From Octopus vulgaris (taxonomy: Eukaryota): a DNA stretch of 64,000 bases. The stretch lies in assembly GCA_951406725.2 (NCBI GenBank), contig OX597833.1, forward strand, positions 16,306,001 to 16,370,000, in the 5' to 3' direction. The notes under the pieces are model-generated. The model was not told where the DNA came from and ran no database searches. It saw only the letters and a program-made list of their open reading frames with translations. This document shows, in pieces, positions 1 to 64,000 of the stretch (positions within the stretch are counted from its first letter, which is position 1; each line of letters begins with the position of its first letter). The position numbers and the translations under genes are program-made.

Positions 1-625
1 CAGTTACGCACTGGGGTCGATATAATCCGTTTGTCTGTCCTTGTTTGTCCTCTCTGTGTTTAGCCCCTTGTAGGTGGTAAAGAAATAGGTATTTCGTCCG
101 TCTTTATGTTCTGAATGCAAACGCTGCCGAGGTGACTTTGCCTTTCATTCTTTCGAGGTCGATAAAAGAAGTACCTGTTGAACATTGGGGTCGATGTAAT
201 CGATTATCCTCCTCCTCGTAAATTTGAGGCCTTGTGTAGAAGGGATTAAGGCGGCGAGCTGGCAGTATGGTTAGCAGACCCGGAAAAATGTTCTAGGGGC
301 ATTTCTTTCGGCTTTACGTTCAGAGTTCAAATTCCACCGAGGTCGACTTTGTCTTTCATTCTTCCAAGGTTCACAAAATAACTATCATTTATGTACTGGG
401 ACCGATGAAAGTGACTAGCCTCTCATCTAAAATGCCAGGCCTTCTACGAAAAATTAATACGAAATAAATGTATTTACTTCTAATCCGGTGCTCATCATGA
501 AGACTTTTGGTCTAAAGAAGAATTCACCTGATGCAGGAGTGAGTTTACTTGTGTCTTCTTCAAGTTTATTGAGAAGGAGATCGAATTAAACACATGCAAT
601 TTAGAATCGAAATGAAGCAACATTA

Positions 626-1119
626 CCGTAAATCCTCGAGTATAATCCGTATTTTTTCCCCAAAATGTAAAGGTCAAAATCCCTAGTGCGTACTATATAC
701 GAGGTAAAAATGAAAAATATTTTCTAAGCAATGTTCAAGTCTCTATTTGCTGTCCGGCAATGTTCATTCAGATGCATTTTGTGATGTGGGGCGCAAAAAT
801 ACCTTAAGCTAAGCCTGAAAGCAATGAAGTCATAAAAGAATCATCCATAACTTGCAGTAAGCAATATTTATTAAACGTTATTACGGTTATTTCTTTATTT
901 TCTGTAAATAAAATGCACAAAAAAGCTACACGTTTGCATTATGTTATATATACAATAATAATAAAGGATGTTACTGTATACACTTTAACAAACCAAGGAC
1001 GTTATATAGACCTCCTTGACTCAAGTTAGAGAAGGGGTGCGTATTATACACAAGGTTTTGGCTTTTCAGAGGTACAGCCTTCTAAAAATATCCTGCGTAT
1101 TATACTCAAGGATTTACGG
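626..1119. mobile_element. pogo/Tigger-like MITE
   Basis: TIRs ccgtaaatcctcgagtataa / ttatactcaaggatttacgg, TA on both sides; second copy at ~61227-61696. Confidence 0.85.
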
Positions 1120-1933
1120 TAAGTCCAAAGAGGGTAATTATTTTACTTGGAAGAAATAGGTAAACAAGGGAAGCAACTTTTATGGTAGGGGAGGTAATTC
1201 AAGGCAAGGATGTAAAATGAAATATAAATATGGTTAATGGATGTCTTGTACTTCTCAGTTGTTCCAGTTTGAAATATTTCTCATCACCATATACGTAAAA
1301 TAACGTAGAAATTTCCTTTCACCACATTACGTACGGTTTATCGTCGGAATTTTTTATTCCATAGTTTCAAATTTTGACACCGGCGGAATTTGAAACAGGA
1401 TTGAAAACAGCCGGGAGAAATGCCGCTCAGCCGTTTTTACAAAGCATTAACCCTTCTAGTAGATCACCGGTGTAATTTTAGTTGCAAATTTTGGCACAAA
1501 ACCAACAATTATGGGGGAGAGGGTTACATCGACCACATCGACTCTGGTACGTGACAGGTACTCATTTTACCGTCATGAAAATATGAAATGTGAGTCAACC
1601 TCGGCAGAATTTCAACTCAGAACGTAAAAAACCGGAAAAAATCCTGCTAAGCAGTTGCTCCGAAGCATTAACCCGCCTGAATAATAATGATAATAATAAT
1701 AATAATCCTTTCTACTATAGACACAAGGCTGGAATTTGGTGGTGGGTGGGGAGGGAAACTAGTCGATTACATCAATCCTAGTGTTTCGCTCTTATCTAAT
1801 TTATCGACCCCGATAAAAGATGAAAGGCACAGTCGACTTGGATGGAATTTGAACTAAGAACACGACGAAGACAGAAGAAATGCCATTAAACATTTCGCCC
1901 GGGATTGCTAACGGTTCTCACAATTCACTTCCT

Positions 1934-1979
1934 GAAGAAGAAGAAGAAGAAGAAGAAGAAGAAGAAGAAGAAGAAGAAG

Positions 1980-2009
<30 letters not shown>
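1934..2009 (+). repeat. (GAA)n microsatellite
   Basis: About 25 perfect GAA units. Confidence 0.97.
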
Positions 2010-2010
<1 letters not shown>

Positions 2011-2529
2011 GTAGGAATTTACATAAAAGATGAGGAGGAAAAAAGGGGGGTGAAAAGAGTACACATAGCGTACTAAGTATATTACAACATGAATGATGTA
2101 GTCCTCTGGATTGGCCCTACAACTAGGGCCAATCAAGGAACCCCAACATATCCAAGATTACCCTGACCGCCAAAGGCACAAGCAACTAAACCAATTGTTG
2201 CTCTCCAGTCCACAGGCGCATGCTTGAAGTAAAGCCATTCACTCTTACCATTTTTGCCAGTCACACTTCTTTTCATTGATTCACTGGGAGGTAGAGCTTC
2301 TCTCTTCTTCCTCACTTTCCTTTTCCAATTAGAATTCTAAAAAGTCGATGAAAATATTTTTTGTCTTTTGTTTGGCTGCATTCATGTCTTATAACGAAAT
2401 GGAGTTGTTTTTTGTCGACATTTTGTCATGCCTCTGCATATTACGAGTGGATTTGTACGGTGTTTAAAATCCTTATAAAGATGCTGATTGATAGAATTGA
2501 TAAAGAATCTGATTAAAATGTGGTATAAG

Positions 2530-3050
2530 GTTTACTTGTACTTATGACGGCGTTCACCCAGGGTGGGTTAAGCCAGCTTCTTCTCTGGTCCTAACGGCAT
2601 CATGAACCATGGCGGCCCACGCTCGACGGTCTCGTGCGAGGTCACCGGAGATAGCGAGCCATTTGCGGTTCCATCTGCGCAGAGCGACCACCTGCGGACC
2701 AGAGAGTTCGGAGAGGTCCTCCTTTATCGTCATTGCCCAGGTCTTACACTGTTCTTGTATTCCTGATTACTGACCTTGTTCTCGACTTACACTGTCTTAC
2801 TGCATGAATCACTCCATCTCGCGGGGTTCATTTCTCTGACAGGCCGCCCGATATCCCTATTCTTGTAAGGTGATAATCCCCTTCTAAACAATGCTCACCC
2901 GCGCGTTTGCGCCAGCTGGGAAGTGTAGGTGGGAAGAGGACATTGCGAATCGGCTCACCCTCTGGACGCCGGGTCGCATGACCGAACCACCTTAAGCGCC
3001 GTTGTAGAAGCACCGAAGGAAGGGGCCGGAGATTCAGGCGATGACGATAA
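2530..3050 (-). mobile_element. RTE-clade LINE 3' fragment with an internal ~145-bp insertion
   Basis: RRLRWFGHATRR motif; CAAGTA-type tail; homologous to 59610-60135. Confidence 0.85.
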
Positions 3051-4297
3051 GGTTTAATTGCAGTCTTTTATATTCTAGGGCCAGTTTTCATCATCATCAT
3101 CATCATCATCATGTAGCGTCCGCTTTCCATGCTAGCATGGGTTGGACGGTTCAACTGGGGTCTGTGAAGCCAGAAGGCTGCATCAGGCCCAGTCTGATCT
3201 GGCAGTGTTTCTACGGCTGGATGCCCTTCCTAACGCCAACCACTCCGTGAGTGTAGTGGGTGCTTTTTACGTGTTCAACACCGATGTAGAATAAGTAGCA
3301 ATCAATAGCGGAATCGATTCGATCGAATTAACCAATCACTTGTTTGGAGTAGCGCGTACGAGGTCAGATCATAAAGTAGCGGGACTCTCTTACTCTTTTA
3401 CTTGTTTCAGTCATTTGACTGTGGCCATGCTGGAGCACCGCCTTTATTCGAGCAACTCGACCCCGGAACTTATTCTTTTGTAAGCCCAGTACTTATTCTA
3501 TCGGTCTCTTTTGCCGAACCGCTAAGTTACGGGGACATAAACACACCAGCATCGGTTGTCAAGCAATGCTAGGGGGACAAACACAGACACACAAACTCAT
3601 ATATATATACATATATACGACGGGCTTCTTTCACTTTCCGTCTACCAAATCCACTCACAAGGCTTTGGCCGGCCCGAGGCTATAGTAGAAGACACTTGCC
3701 CAAGCTGCCACGCAGTGGGACTGAACCCGGAACCATGTGGTTGGTAAACAAGCTACTTACCACACAACCACTCCTGGTGCTATAAAAAAAAAAAAAAGAA
3801 AACTACAACACGTATCAAATCGGTATTTAATTTCCTTCGATGTAGACCCTCTGAAGCCACACACTTTATTCAGGGTGGTTTCCATGGGTGGAAGCATTCC
3901 TGGAACTTCTTTTGGGAGGATAGCAAACAGCTGTCCCATTACATTCTTTTGAATTTCCTGTATCTCTCGAAATCTTGTTCCAAACTGATAATTCTGAGAA
4001 GCATCTGTAAAGTTTGCTAGTGGAAGGGAAGTAACTCTGACTAGCCCATATTACATTAAATCTCTCTATATATAAAGCTGAAGTTGTCTGCGTATGACAG
4101 GTTTGGTAGATTTCAACTGACACCATCTCCTCCGAGACCCTGCGGCACAAGTTGACCAAAATTGAGAGTATGATAGAAGAAGGCTTGCTCTTCCTTCCGT
4201 AGAACAAAAAATTCAAATCGAACCATGTTAACACCAAAAATTATTTACATCAAAAAGGTGCTTTTTTTCTATAAAAATCCCTATTTTTTACGATTTT

Positions 4298-4875
4298 TCA
4301 TACATACATACACACACATACACACACATATACAGATATATACATACATACACACACACATAGATATATACATACATACACACACACACATAGATATATA
4401 CATACATACACACACAGATATATACATACATACACACATATATATACATACATACACACACACATATATATACATACATACACACACACATATATATACA
4501 TACATACACACACACATACAGATATATACATACACACACACATACAGATATATACATAAATACACACACACACACATATATACATATACATAAATACACA
4601 CACATATATATATACATAAATACACACACACATATATATACATAAATACACACACACACACATATATATACATAAATACACACACATATATATACATAAA
4701 TACACACACACATATATATATACATAAATACAAACACACACATATACATAAATACACACACATATATATATACATAAATACAAACACACACATATACATA
4801 AATACACACACACATACATAAATACACACACATATATATACATAAATACACACACACACATATATATACATAAAT

Positions 4876-4906
<31 letters not shown>

Positions 4907-4913
4907 CATAAAT

Positions 4914-4944
<31 letters not shown>

Positions 4945-4993
4945 CATAAATACACACACACACACATATATAAACACATATATACATACACAA
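4298..4993. repeat. Compound CA/TA microsatellite
   Basis: Seen directly in sequence. Confidence 0.95.
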
Positions 4994-6542
4994 ATATTAT
5001 CTGTATGTAATAAAACATCAACCAACTCTGCACCCTCACATCATGTCTAGAATATTCACCTTATATACAAAGGTTCACGCAATATGCACATAGATATGCT
5101 AAATATTCACACATCCATGTATATATGATGATAGCATCTTCTCTGAAACATGGTAATGATTAAGCTCATTAGCTCTCGACCTAAACAGACAGCTTCTAAA
5201 TTCACATAACATCTTTTAACATCTACCTTCCATGCTAGCATGGGTGGGACAACCATGTCTGGATATACAATCTGTGAGGCTAATGAAAAAATCCTGCTTT
5301 CTGTTACACATACCATATTTTAACGTGTATAGGGAACCGGTGTTTTGTCAAAAATTAGGTTAAAAAATATGGGAGTTTCTTACACAGGGACAGTATTATA
5401 ATCCCTTACAAAACCTTTTTTTTTTCAAGTTTTAAGCTCAAAAAATTAAAGGGTTCCTAATACATGAGGGTTCCGCATATATGTTAAAATAGTCATCATT
5501 ATCATGATCGTTTAACGTCCACTTTCCATGCTAGCATGGGTTGGACGATTTTGACTGGGGCTGGTGAAGCAGATGGCTGCACCAGGCTCCAATCTTGATC
5601 TGGCAGAGTATCTACAGCTTGATGCCCTTCCTAACGCCAACCACTCCAAGAGTGTAGTGCATGCTTTTATGTGCCACCAGCACGAGGGCCAGCCAGTGGC
5701 ACTGGCAACGACGTCGCTCGAATGTTTTTTCATGTGCCACCGGAACAAGTGCCACTAAGGCAACGCTGGTAACAATCACACTCGAATGGTGCTTTTTACA
5801 TACCACCAGAATGGAAGCCAGTTAGCCGCTCTGGCAATGATCACGCTCGGATGGTGCTCTTAGCGCTCCACTAGCACGGATGCCAAGCGTAACACGCAAA
5901 GTATATATCCCAACACACCAACAAAAATAAGACATGTCCTCATGAGAACATACATATATATAGACAAATATATACGTATTTATATACTTCCTGTAAACAG
6001 AACTTTTAGGATCACATAACTATCACTATAATCATATATATATAAATGTACAGATTAAATGCGAGTGTGTACGCACTCGCATTTAATATAGTATAAAGAT
6101 ATAAGCCATTAATAGTTTCATGCTGTGGAAACACTTGTCTCTGTACATTTATATATATATGATTAGTGATAGTTGTGTGATCCTAAAAGTTCTGTTTACA
6201 GGAAGTTAGTAAGCATGTACATGGCTTGAGTAGATGACTTGAGGTGGACTCGATCAACAAAGTTTATTAATCAGTATGTATTGTTATAACACTTCATCTC
6301 CTGTTGAAATAGATGCAATTTCCAGTAAACGGCTGCCACTGTACAACTCTGTTTAGTAGCGAAGATTGCTTGCCATGTGATAAAGTTTAAGGGTGTAGGC
6401 AATGAGGAAGGTAATTCCAGGCTGTATATATGTTTCCAAGCCACTTTGACCATGTTTTATGTAACTTGCAAAACACACATACAGAACTGAGGTCTTTCTC
6501 TGATCTAATTTAGTTGTGGTTGTAATTCATTGTTGCTAAGTT

Positions 6543-6545
6543 GTG

Positions 6546-6577
<32 letters not shown>

Positions 6578-6792
6578 TGTATGTATGTGTATATATATAT
6601 ATATATGTATGTATGTGTATATATATATATATGTATGTATGTATGTGTATATATATATATATATGTATGTGTATATATATATATATATAGTGTGTATATA
6701 TATATATATATGTATGTGTATATATATATATATATGTATGTATGTGTATATATATATATATGTATGTATGTGTATATATATATATATGTATG

Positions 6793-6833
<41 letters not shown>
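6543..6833. repeat. Compound TA/TG microsatellite
   Basis: Seen directly in sequence. Confidence 0.95.
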
Positions 6834-6835
<2 letters not shown>

Positions 6836-7399
6836 TAAAATCTTAGGGTAGCAAGAATATTCATCGAAAAATTCTTAATTACCAGTGGTCTAGCGAGAAA
6901 GAAAAATTTAGTCAATAGACTGTACATTATTATATATATATAATATATATATATATACAGCTTATATCTTTATACTATATGTATTAAATGCGAGTGTATG
7001 TATATATATATACATATATATATATATACACACACACACACTTGCATTTAATATATATATAGTAGAAAGATTATAAGCCATTTATAGTTTCATGCTGTGG
7101 AAACACTTGTCTCGGCACATTTTTATAACTATTAGTACCTTGTACTTTTATACTGTGTACATAAACCCTTTAACATTTAAACCAACCATATCCAACCTAA
7201 ATATTTGACCCTCTTTATGTTTCAAAACCAGTTAGATCCAGCCTTTTTAAACCTACCCGCACAATATCATTCCCAGAGTAAAGAGTTAAACCACCAAAAT
7301 CTCACAGTTATGAGATAATGCATGATTAATTCAATACCATGTGAATAAACAGGCATTACATTTAACAGAGCAGTCTGAACACTAATGAGTTAAATAATA

Positions 7400-7965
7400 C
7401 TGGGATGTCTGGAAAGTTTGTGCTGATTTTTAAAGGAAAGAAAAAGGTCAATAAATACTTGCCATTACATTTTTAATCAACCAAATATGAAGCATTTTGT
7501 TGCACAATGCATCTCCATCTTTCCCTTAATGTGAAAATACCCTCTTCTCAGAATTGAGGTGGTTTCGCGGCAAAGAATTCATCAAGGTATCTTTTTCCAT
7601 CATCCAAGGAATTGAAATTTTTACCATTAAGACTATTCTGCACAGACCTGAATAAGTGGAAATCCGAAGGTACAGCATCTGGTGAATATGGAGGGTGGGG
7701 TAACACATCCCGGCCGAGCTGCAGCAATTTTTGTCTGGTTCCCAAAGCATCAAGTGCCAAAACTGAACTTTCTTACCTCCCATTTTAAAGGGTTACAGAA
7801 TTAACACAGGTTATAGGAACATAAACCTTCTTTCACGAAAAGATAGCTTAAACTGTGCTCTAAATGGAGGTGTAGTCAAATCCTATTTTACGGACTCAAC
7901 CATGTTCTAAAATAAGTCGAAATGTAAGCTACTATAAATCGGCACGAACTTTCCGGACAACCCAA
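7400..7965 (-). mobile_element. Internally deleted mariner element
   Basis: HPPYSPD..PSDFHLF motif; N-terminus MGGKKVQFWHLMLWE fused to the C-terminus; TIRs ctgggatgtctggaaag / ctttccggacaacccaa with TA TSD. Confidence 0.92.
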
Positions 7966-8130
7966 TAGGTTGCTCCAGTTTATTCAGATAGTAAATGTGT
8001 TCCAGCATTAGGGTGTAAGTTGACTCTACGACGGAATGACCTCTGGTTCAAGCGGAAAGAGGTGATTAAAATATCGGTCATTTATAATCCATAAAAACGG
8101 TGCTAAGTCCGGCCCTTATGAGCTTTTATC

Positions 8131-8316
8131 TTCCATTTTAAAGGGTTACAGAATTAACACAGGTTATAGGAACATGTCTTCTTCCATGAAAAGATAGCTT
8201 AAACTGTGCTCTAAATGGAGGTGTAGTCAAATCCTATTTTATGGACTCAACCATGTTCTAAAATAAGTCGAAAGGTAAGCTACTATAAATCGGCAGGAAC
8301 TTTCCGGACAACCCAA
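8131..8316 (-). mobile_element. Second 5' end of the same mariner family
   Basis: Near-identical to 7780-7965, ends in TIR plus TA. Confidence 0.85.
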
Positions 8317-8321
8317 TATTT

Positions 8322-8746
8322 ATGTGGCACGTAAAAGCACCATCCGTTCGTATCCGTTGCCAGCCTCGCCTGGCCCCCGTGCCGATGACACGTAAAAGCA
8401 CCATTCGTTCGTGGACGTTTGCCAGCTCTGTCTGGCCCCCATGCCGGTGACACGTAAAAGCACCATCCGATCGTGGCCGTTTGCCAGCCTCGCCTGGCCC
8501 CCATGCCGGTGACACGTAAAAGCACCATCCGATTGTGGCCATTTGCCAGCTCTGTCTGGCACCTGTACGGGTGGCACGTAAAAAGCACCCACTACACTCA
8601 CGGAGTGGTTGGCGTTAGGAAGTGCATCCAGCCGTAGAAACACTGCCAGATCTGACTGCTTCCAGCTTCCCAGACCCCAGTTGAACCGTCCAACCCATGC
8701 TAGCATGGAAAACAGATGCTAAATGATGATTATGATGATGATGATG
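8322..8746 (+). mobile_element. (GAT)n-tailed dispersed SINE-like element, probably RTE-related (many copies, e.g. ~3088, 5494, 11274, 25571, 26126, 28915, 30576, 34045, 39577, 53405)
   Basis: Core gttggcgttaggaagggcatccagctgtagaaac, 3' hairpin ccatgctagcatgg, GAT tail, ~60-bp internal tandem subrepeats. Confidence 0.75.
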
Positions 8747-8896
8747 ACTGGAGGAAGTACATTTTTTGTTGATCCTACTTTAACAAAACAATAAACTACA
8801 CAAACACACACGTGTGTGTAAAGAGAGACATTTAAATACACACACAAAAACACATATTGGGATGTTTCAACAACCAAAGCAATTTAAATCATTTCA

Positions 8897-8902
8897 TTTA
8901 TT
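8897..8902 (-). terminator. Candidate SPT16 polyadenylation signal (AATAAA); implies a 3' UTR of ~0.9 kb
   Basis: tttatt on + strand, followed on the minus strand by a GT/T-rich tract (~8835-8855). Confidence 0.5.
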
Positions 8903-9161
8903 TATAATCATTGTTTTGTATCTCTCATCATTTTAGTCTTTTTTTTTTTAATTCTTTTTTTTTTTTTTAGTTACATATTTTGTTTGTTTGTTAGCTCCAA
9001 TAATTCTATCTCACTCGCTCTCTCTCTCTCTTTCTTTCTTTCTCTCTCTCGTTCATTCTTTTGCATTGTTGCAACTTTTCCTCGACAATCCAAAAGGGGG
9101 GTTGGGCCACAAAATAAGGACCAGTTCTTTTACAGCAAACTGTTACATGTCTGTGTGCGTG

Positions 9162-9193
<32 letters not shown>

Positions 9194-9391
9194 TATGCAT
9201 GAGAGGGAGGTAGCAGAAGGTGGAGGGGGGGAGCATATAGATGTGTGTGTGTGTGTATGTATGTGTGATGCCATGACAAACATAGTTATGTGGAAAATGT
9301 GTCGAATGGGATCTCAGAAGTGGGTTTTGATACATCAGGAGGGATGGTCAGGTAAAAGGGGATGGATAGATGTCCTGCACAGTAGGACCTG

Positions 9392-9586
9392 TATTAGTAG
9401 TTGTAGTAGTAGTAGTAGTAGTATCAATAATAGTAGTAGTAGTGATGGTAATAACTTTAGTGATAGTTACTGTACTTGTGGTGGTAGTAGTAGTAGTGGT
9501 GGTGGTGGTGGTGGTTGTGGTAGTATTAATAGCAGTGGTGGTGGTTTACAAGTGTGGTAGTGGTAGTGGTGGTGGTGGCGGTAGTC
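9392..9586. repeat. (GTA)n/(GGT)n trinucleotide tracts in the putative SPT16 3' UTR
   Basis: Seen directly in sequence. Confidence 0.9.
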
Positions 9587-9764
9587 ATGGAGATGGTATG
9601 AGTTGGAGTGGTGAGCAACACCCATTGTGATTACGACATCTGAGTTAAGCCCCCCACTCGCACAGGGCGAGTGGTGGCACTCACTCACTCACTCACCCGT
9701 CCGCAAAACCTCCCCCCGACCGTGCCACCAGGACGACCGAAACCAGCACGCACCTCCGCTCTCT

Positions 9765-62028
<52,264 letters not shown>

Positions 62029-64000
62029 TTATCGAAACTTGCAGATCAAAGAAGAAGTGGCTGAGTCAAAATAATCTTTTTATCTTTTACGCGTTCCAGT
62101 CACTGAATTGTAGACAGGGTTTGGTAGGGAGATGAAAAAAAAATCTGTCAGTGATTATCTTGTAAAGTCTGGTACTTATCCTATCACTCTCTTTTGTAAA
62201 ACTGCTAACAGGGATGTAAACAAACCAACACTGGTTGGCAAGCAGTAAGTAGAGAACTAACACACACATAGATGTATCATCATCATTTAACAACTATTTT
62301 TCCATGTCACCATAAATTGAACATGTTTGTTTGTGTGAGAGTTTGTGTACACATACACATATATATATATAACTATAAACAAAAATATACTTTCGTTAGC
62401 ATATTTAATTTGCAATGCTCTGTGTTTCTTTCAATCAATTTTAAATATAACAAAGAATTTAGTAAAATAATTTAGTTATCATTAAGCTAGTGTTAGGAAC
62501 ATAAATTGTGACTAAGGTTTGGAGGAAGATTGTAATTCAGAACTTATGGAAACAAGACATCTGTACTACAGAGCCAGAAGTGGTTTTAGCCAGGTTGGTA
62601 TCGAAAGGGTTAATTGAAAAACAATGTGAATAAATGAAGGCACGTGGTTTGGTGGTTAGGGTATTCAGCTCAGAATCATATGGTCATGAGTTCAATTCCT
62701 GGCTATGCATTGTGTCCTAGAGCAAAACATTTTTTTCCCTTTCACTCCAGTCCGCTCAGCTGGCAAAAATGAGTAGTACCTGTATTTCAAAGGGCCAGCC
62801 TTGTCATACTCTGTGTCACACTGAATTTCCCTGAGAACTACGTTAAGGGTACATGTATCTGTGGAGTACTGCTCAGCCACTTGCACATTAATTTCAAAAG
62901 CAGGCTGTTCTGTTGATCGGATCAACTGGAACCCACGTCATTGTAACCCATGGAGTGCCAGTTTACATTTAACAATAATCTGAATGCTAAAAGGTTAAAA
63001 CATGTTATATGGGCCCAACTTTACATAAAGAACCCAGTTTACTCCTTACTCTTGTTTCAGTCATTTGACTCTGGCCATGATGGAGCACCACCTTCAGTCA
63101 AACAAATCAAACCCAGGACTTACTCTTTGTAAGCCTAGTACTTATTCTATCGGTCTCTTTTTGCCAAACTGCCAAGTTAGAGGGATGTAAACACACCAGC
63201 ATCAGTTGTCAAGAGATGGAGGGGGGGACAAACACAAACAAATCGTCCAACCCATGCTAGCATGCAAAACGGACGTAAAACGATGATGATGATGATATAC
63301 ATACATACATACATACACACACGATGGCTTCTTTCAGTTTCTGTCTACCAGATCCACTTGTATAAAGTGCCACACAGTGGGACTGAACCCGGAACCATGT
63401 GGTTGCTAAGCAAACTACTTACCACACAGCCACTCCTGCAGTGTTTTTCTTCTTTTTTTTTGAGACTACAGTTATTACACATCATCTACGGAGTTTTGGT
63501 TCTGACACCTGGTTTTCTGATGGGACTTTGGAAAAATATAGCATCAAGAACTACCAAACATTGCATGAGTCATAGATTGATGATGAAGATTATGTCCAAC
63601 ACCCTTCACTATTAAAATACAGTGAGAAACCCATAACCTGACAGGACAATATTCCTTTAATCTTCAGGAGTATAACAGATTTCCTTAACTATACGTGTCA
63701 TGGTATGCGCATAGCTGTGTGGTTCAGGGGCTCACTTTGTAACCACATGGGTTAAAGTTCAGTCCTACTGCACAGCACATTGGATGTCTTCTTCTATAGC
63801 CATGGGTCAACCAATACCTTGTGAGCTAATTTCGTAGATAGAAACTATGTGGAAGCCTGTAGTGCGTGTGTCTATATATATCATCCTCATCATCGTTTAA
63901 CGTCCGCTTTTCATGCTAGCATGGGTTGGATGATTTTGACTGAGGACTGGTGAACCAGATGGCTGCACCAGGCTCCAATCTTGATCTGGCAGAGTTTCTA

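Noticed and set aside
491-520. Hammerhead-like catgaagac-ttttg-gtc-taaa
   Set aside because: Both core segments are mutated and no stem I/III could be drawn.
2037-2340. Possible exon or retrocopy (ORFs 2133-2315 and 1918-2136)
   Set aside because: No recognisable protein family, stops in all frames, and no convincing splice pair.
4225-5039. Long ORFs rich in Y/I/C/V/M/H/T (also 6530-6838, 12114-13140, 30190-30588, 55117-55547)
   Set aside because: Translations of dinucleotide microsatellites.

Overview
Eukaryotic, AT-rich, microsatellite- and SINE-dense genomic DNA, most likely an octopus (inferred from the tRNA-derived CORE- and Nin/Deu-domain SINE families and repeat style; not verified). 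The window is dominated by one minus-strand gene, SPT16/SUPT16H (FACT complex large subunit). I traced 24 GT-AG exons from 61995 down to the TAA stop at 9765. They join in frame to 1026 aa; about 50 N-terminal residues were not found and probably lie beyond 64000. The introns hold SINEs, mariner/pogo/piggyBac/hAT/Merlin-like MITEs, Helitron-like elements, RTE LINE ends and a ~6.2 kb array of a 100-bp SINE-derived satellite. Most notable observations: (1) a repeat family combining a tRNA-like head with a Penelope-type minimal hammerhead ribozyme, with three ribozyme-bearing copies and a fourth copy truncated at the predicted cleavage site; (2) a second, unrelated hammerhead; (3) a copy of an SPT16 intron 3' end that stops exactly at the splice-acceptor AG and is re-inserted in a nearby intron; (4) a 5.8S rRNA/ITS2 fragment patched into a MITE; (5) higher-order structure in the satellite. 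All coordinates were read by eye.
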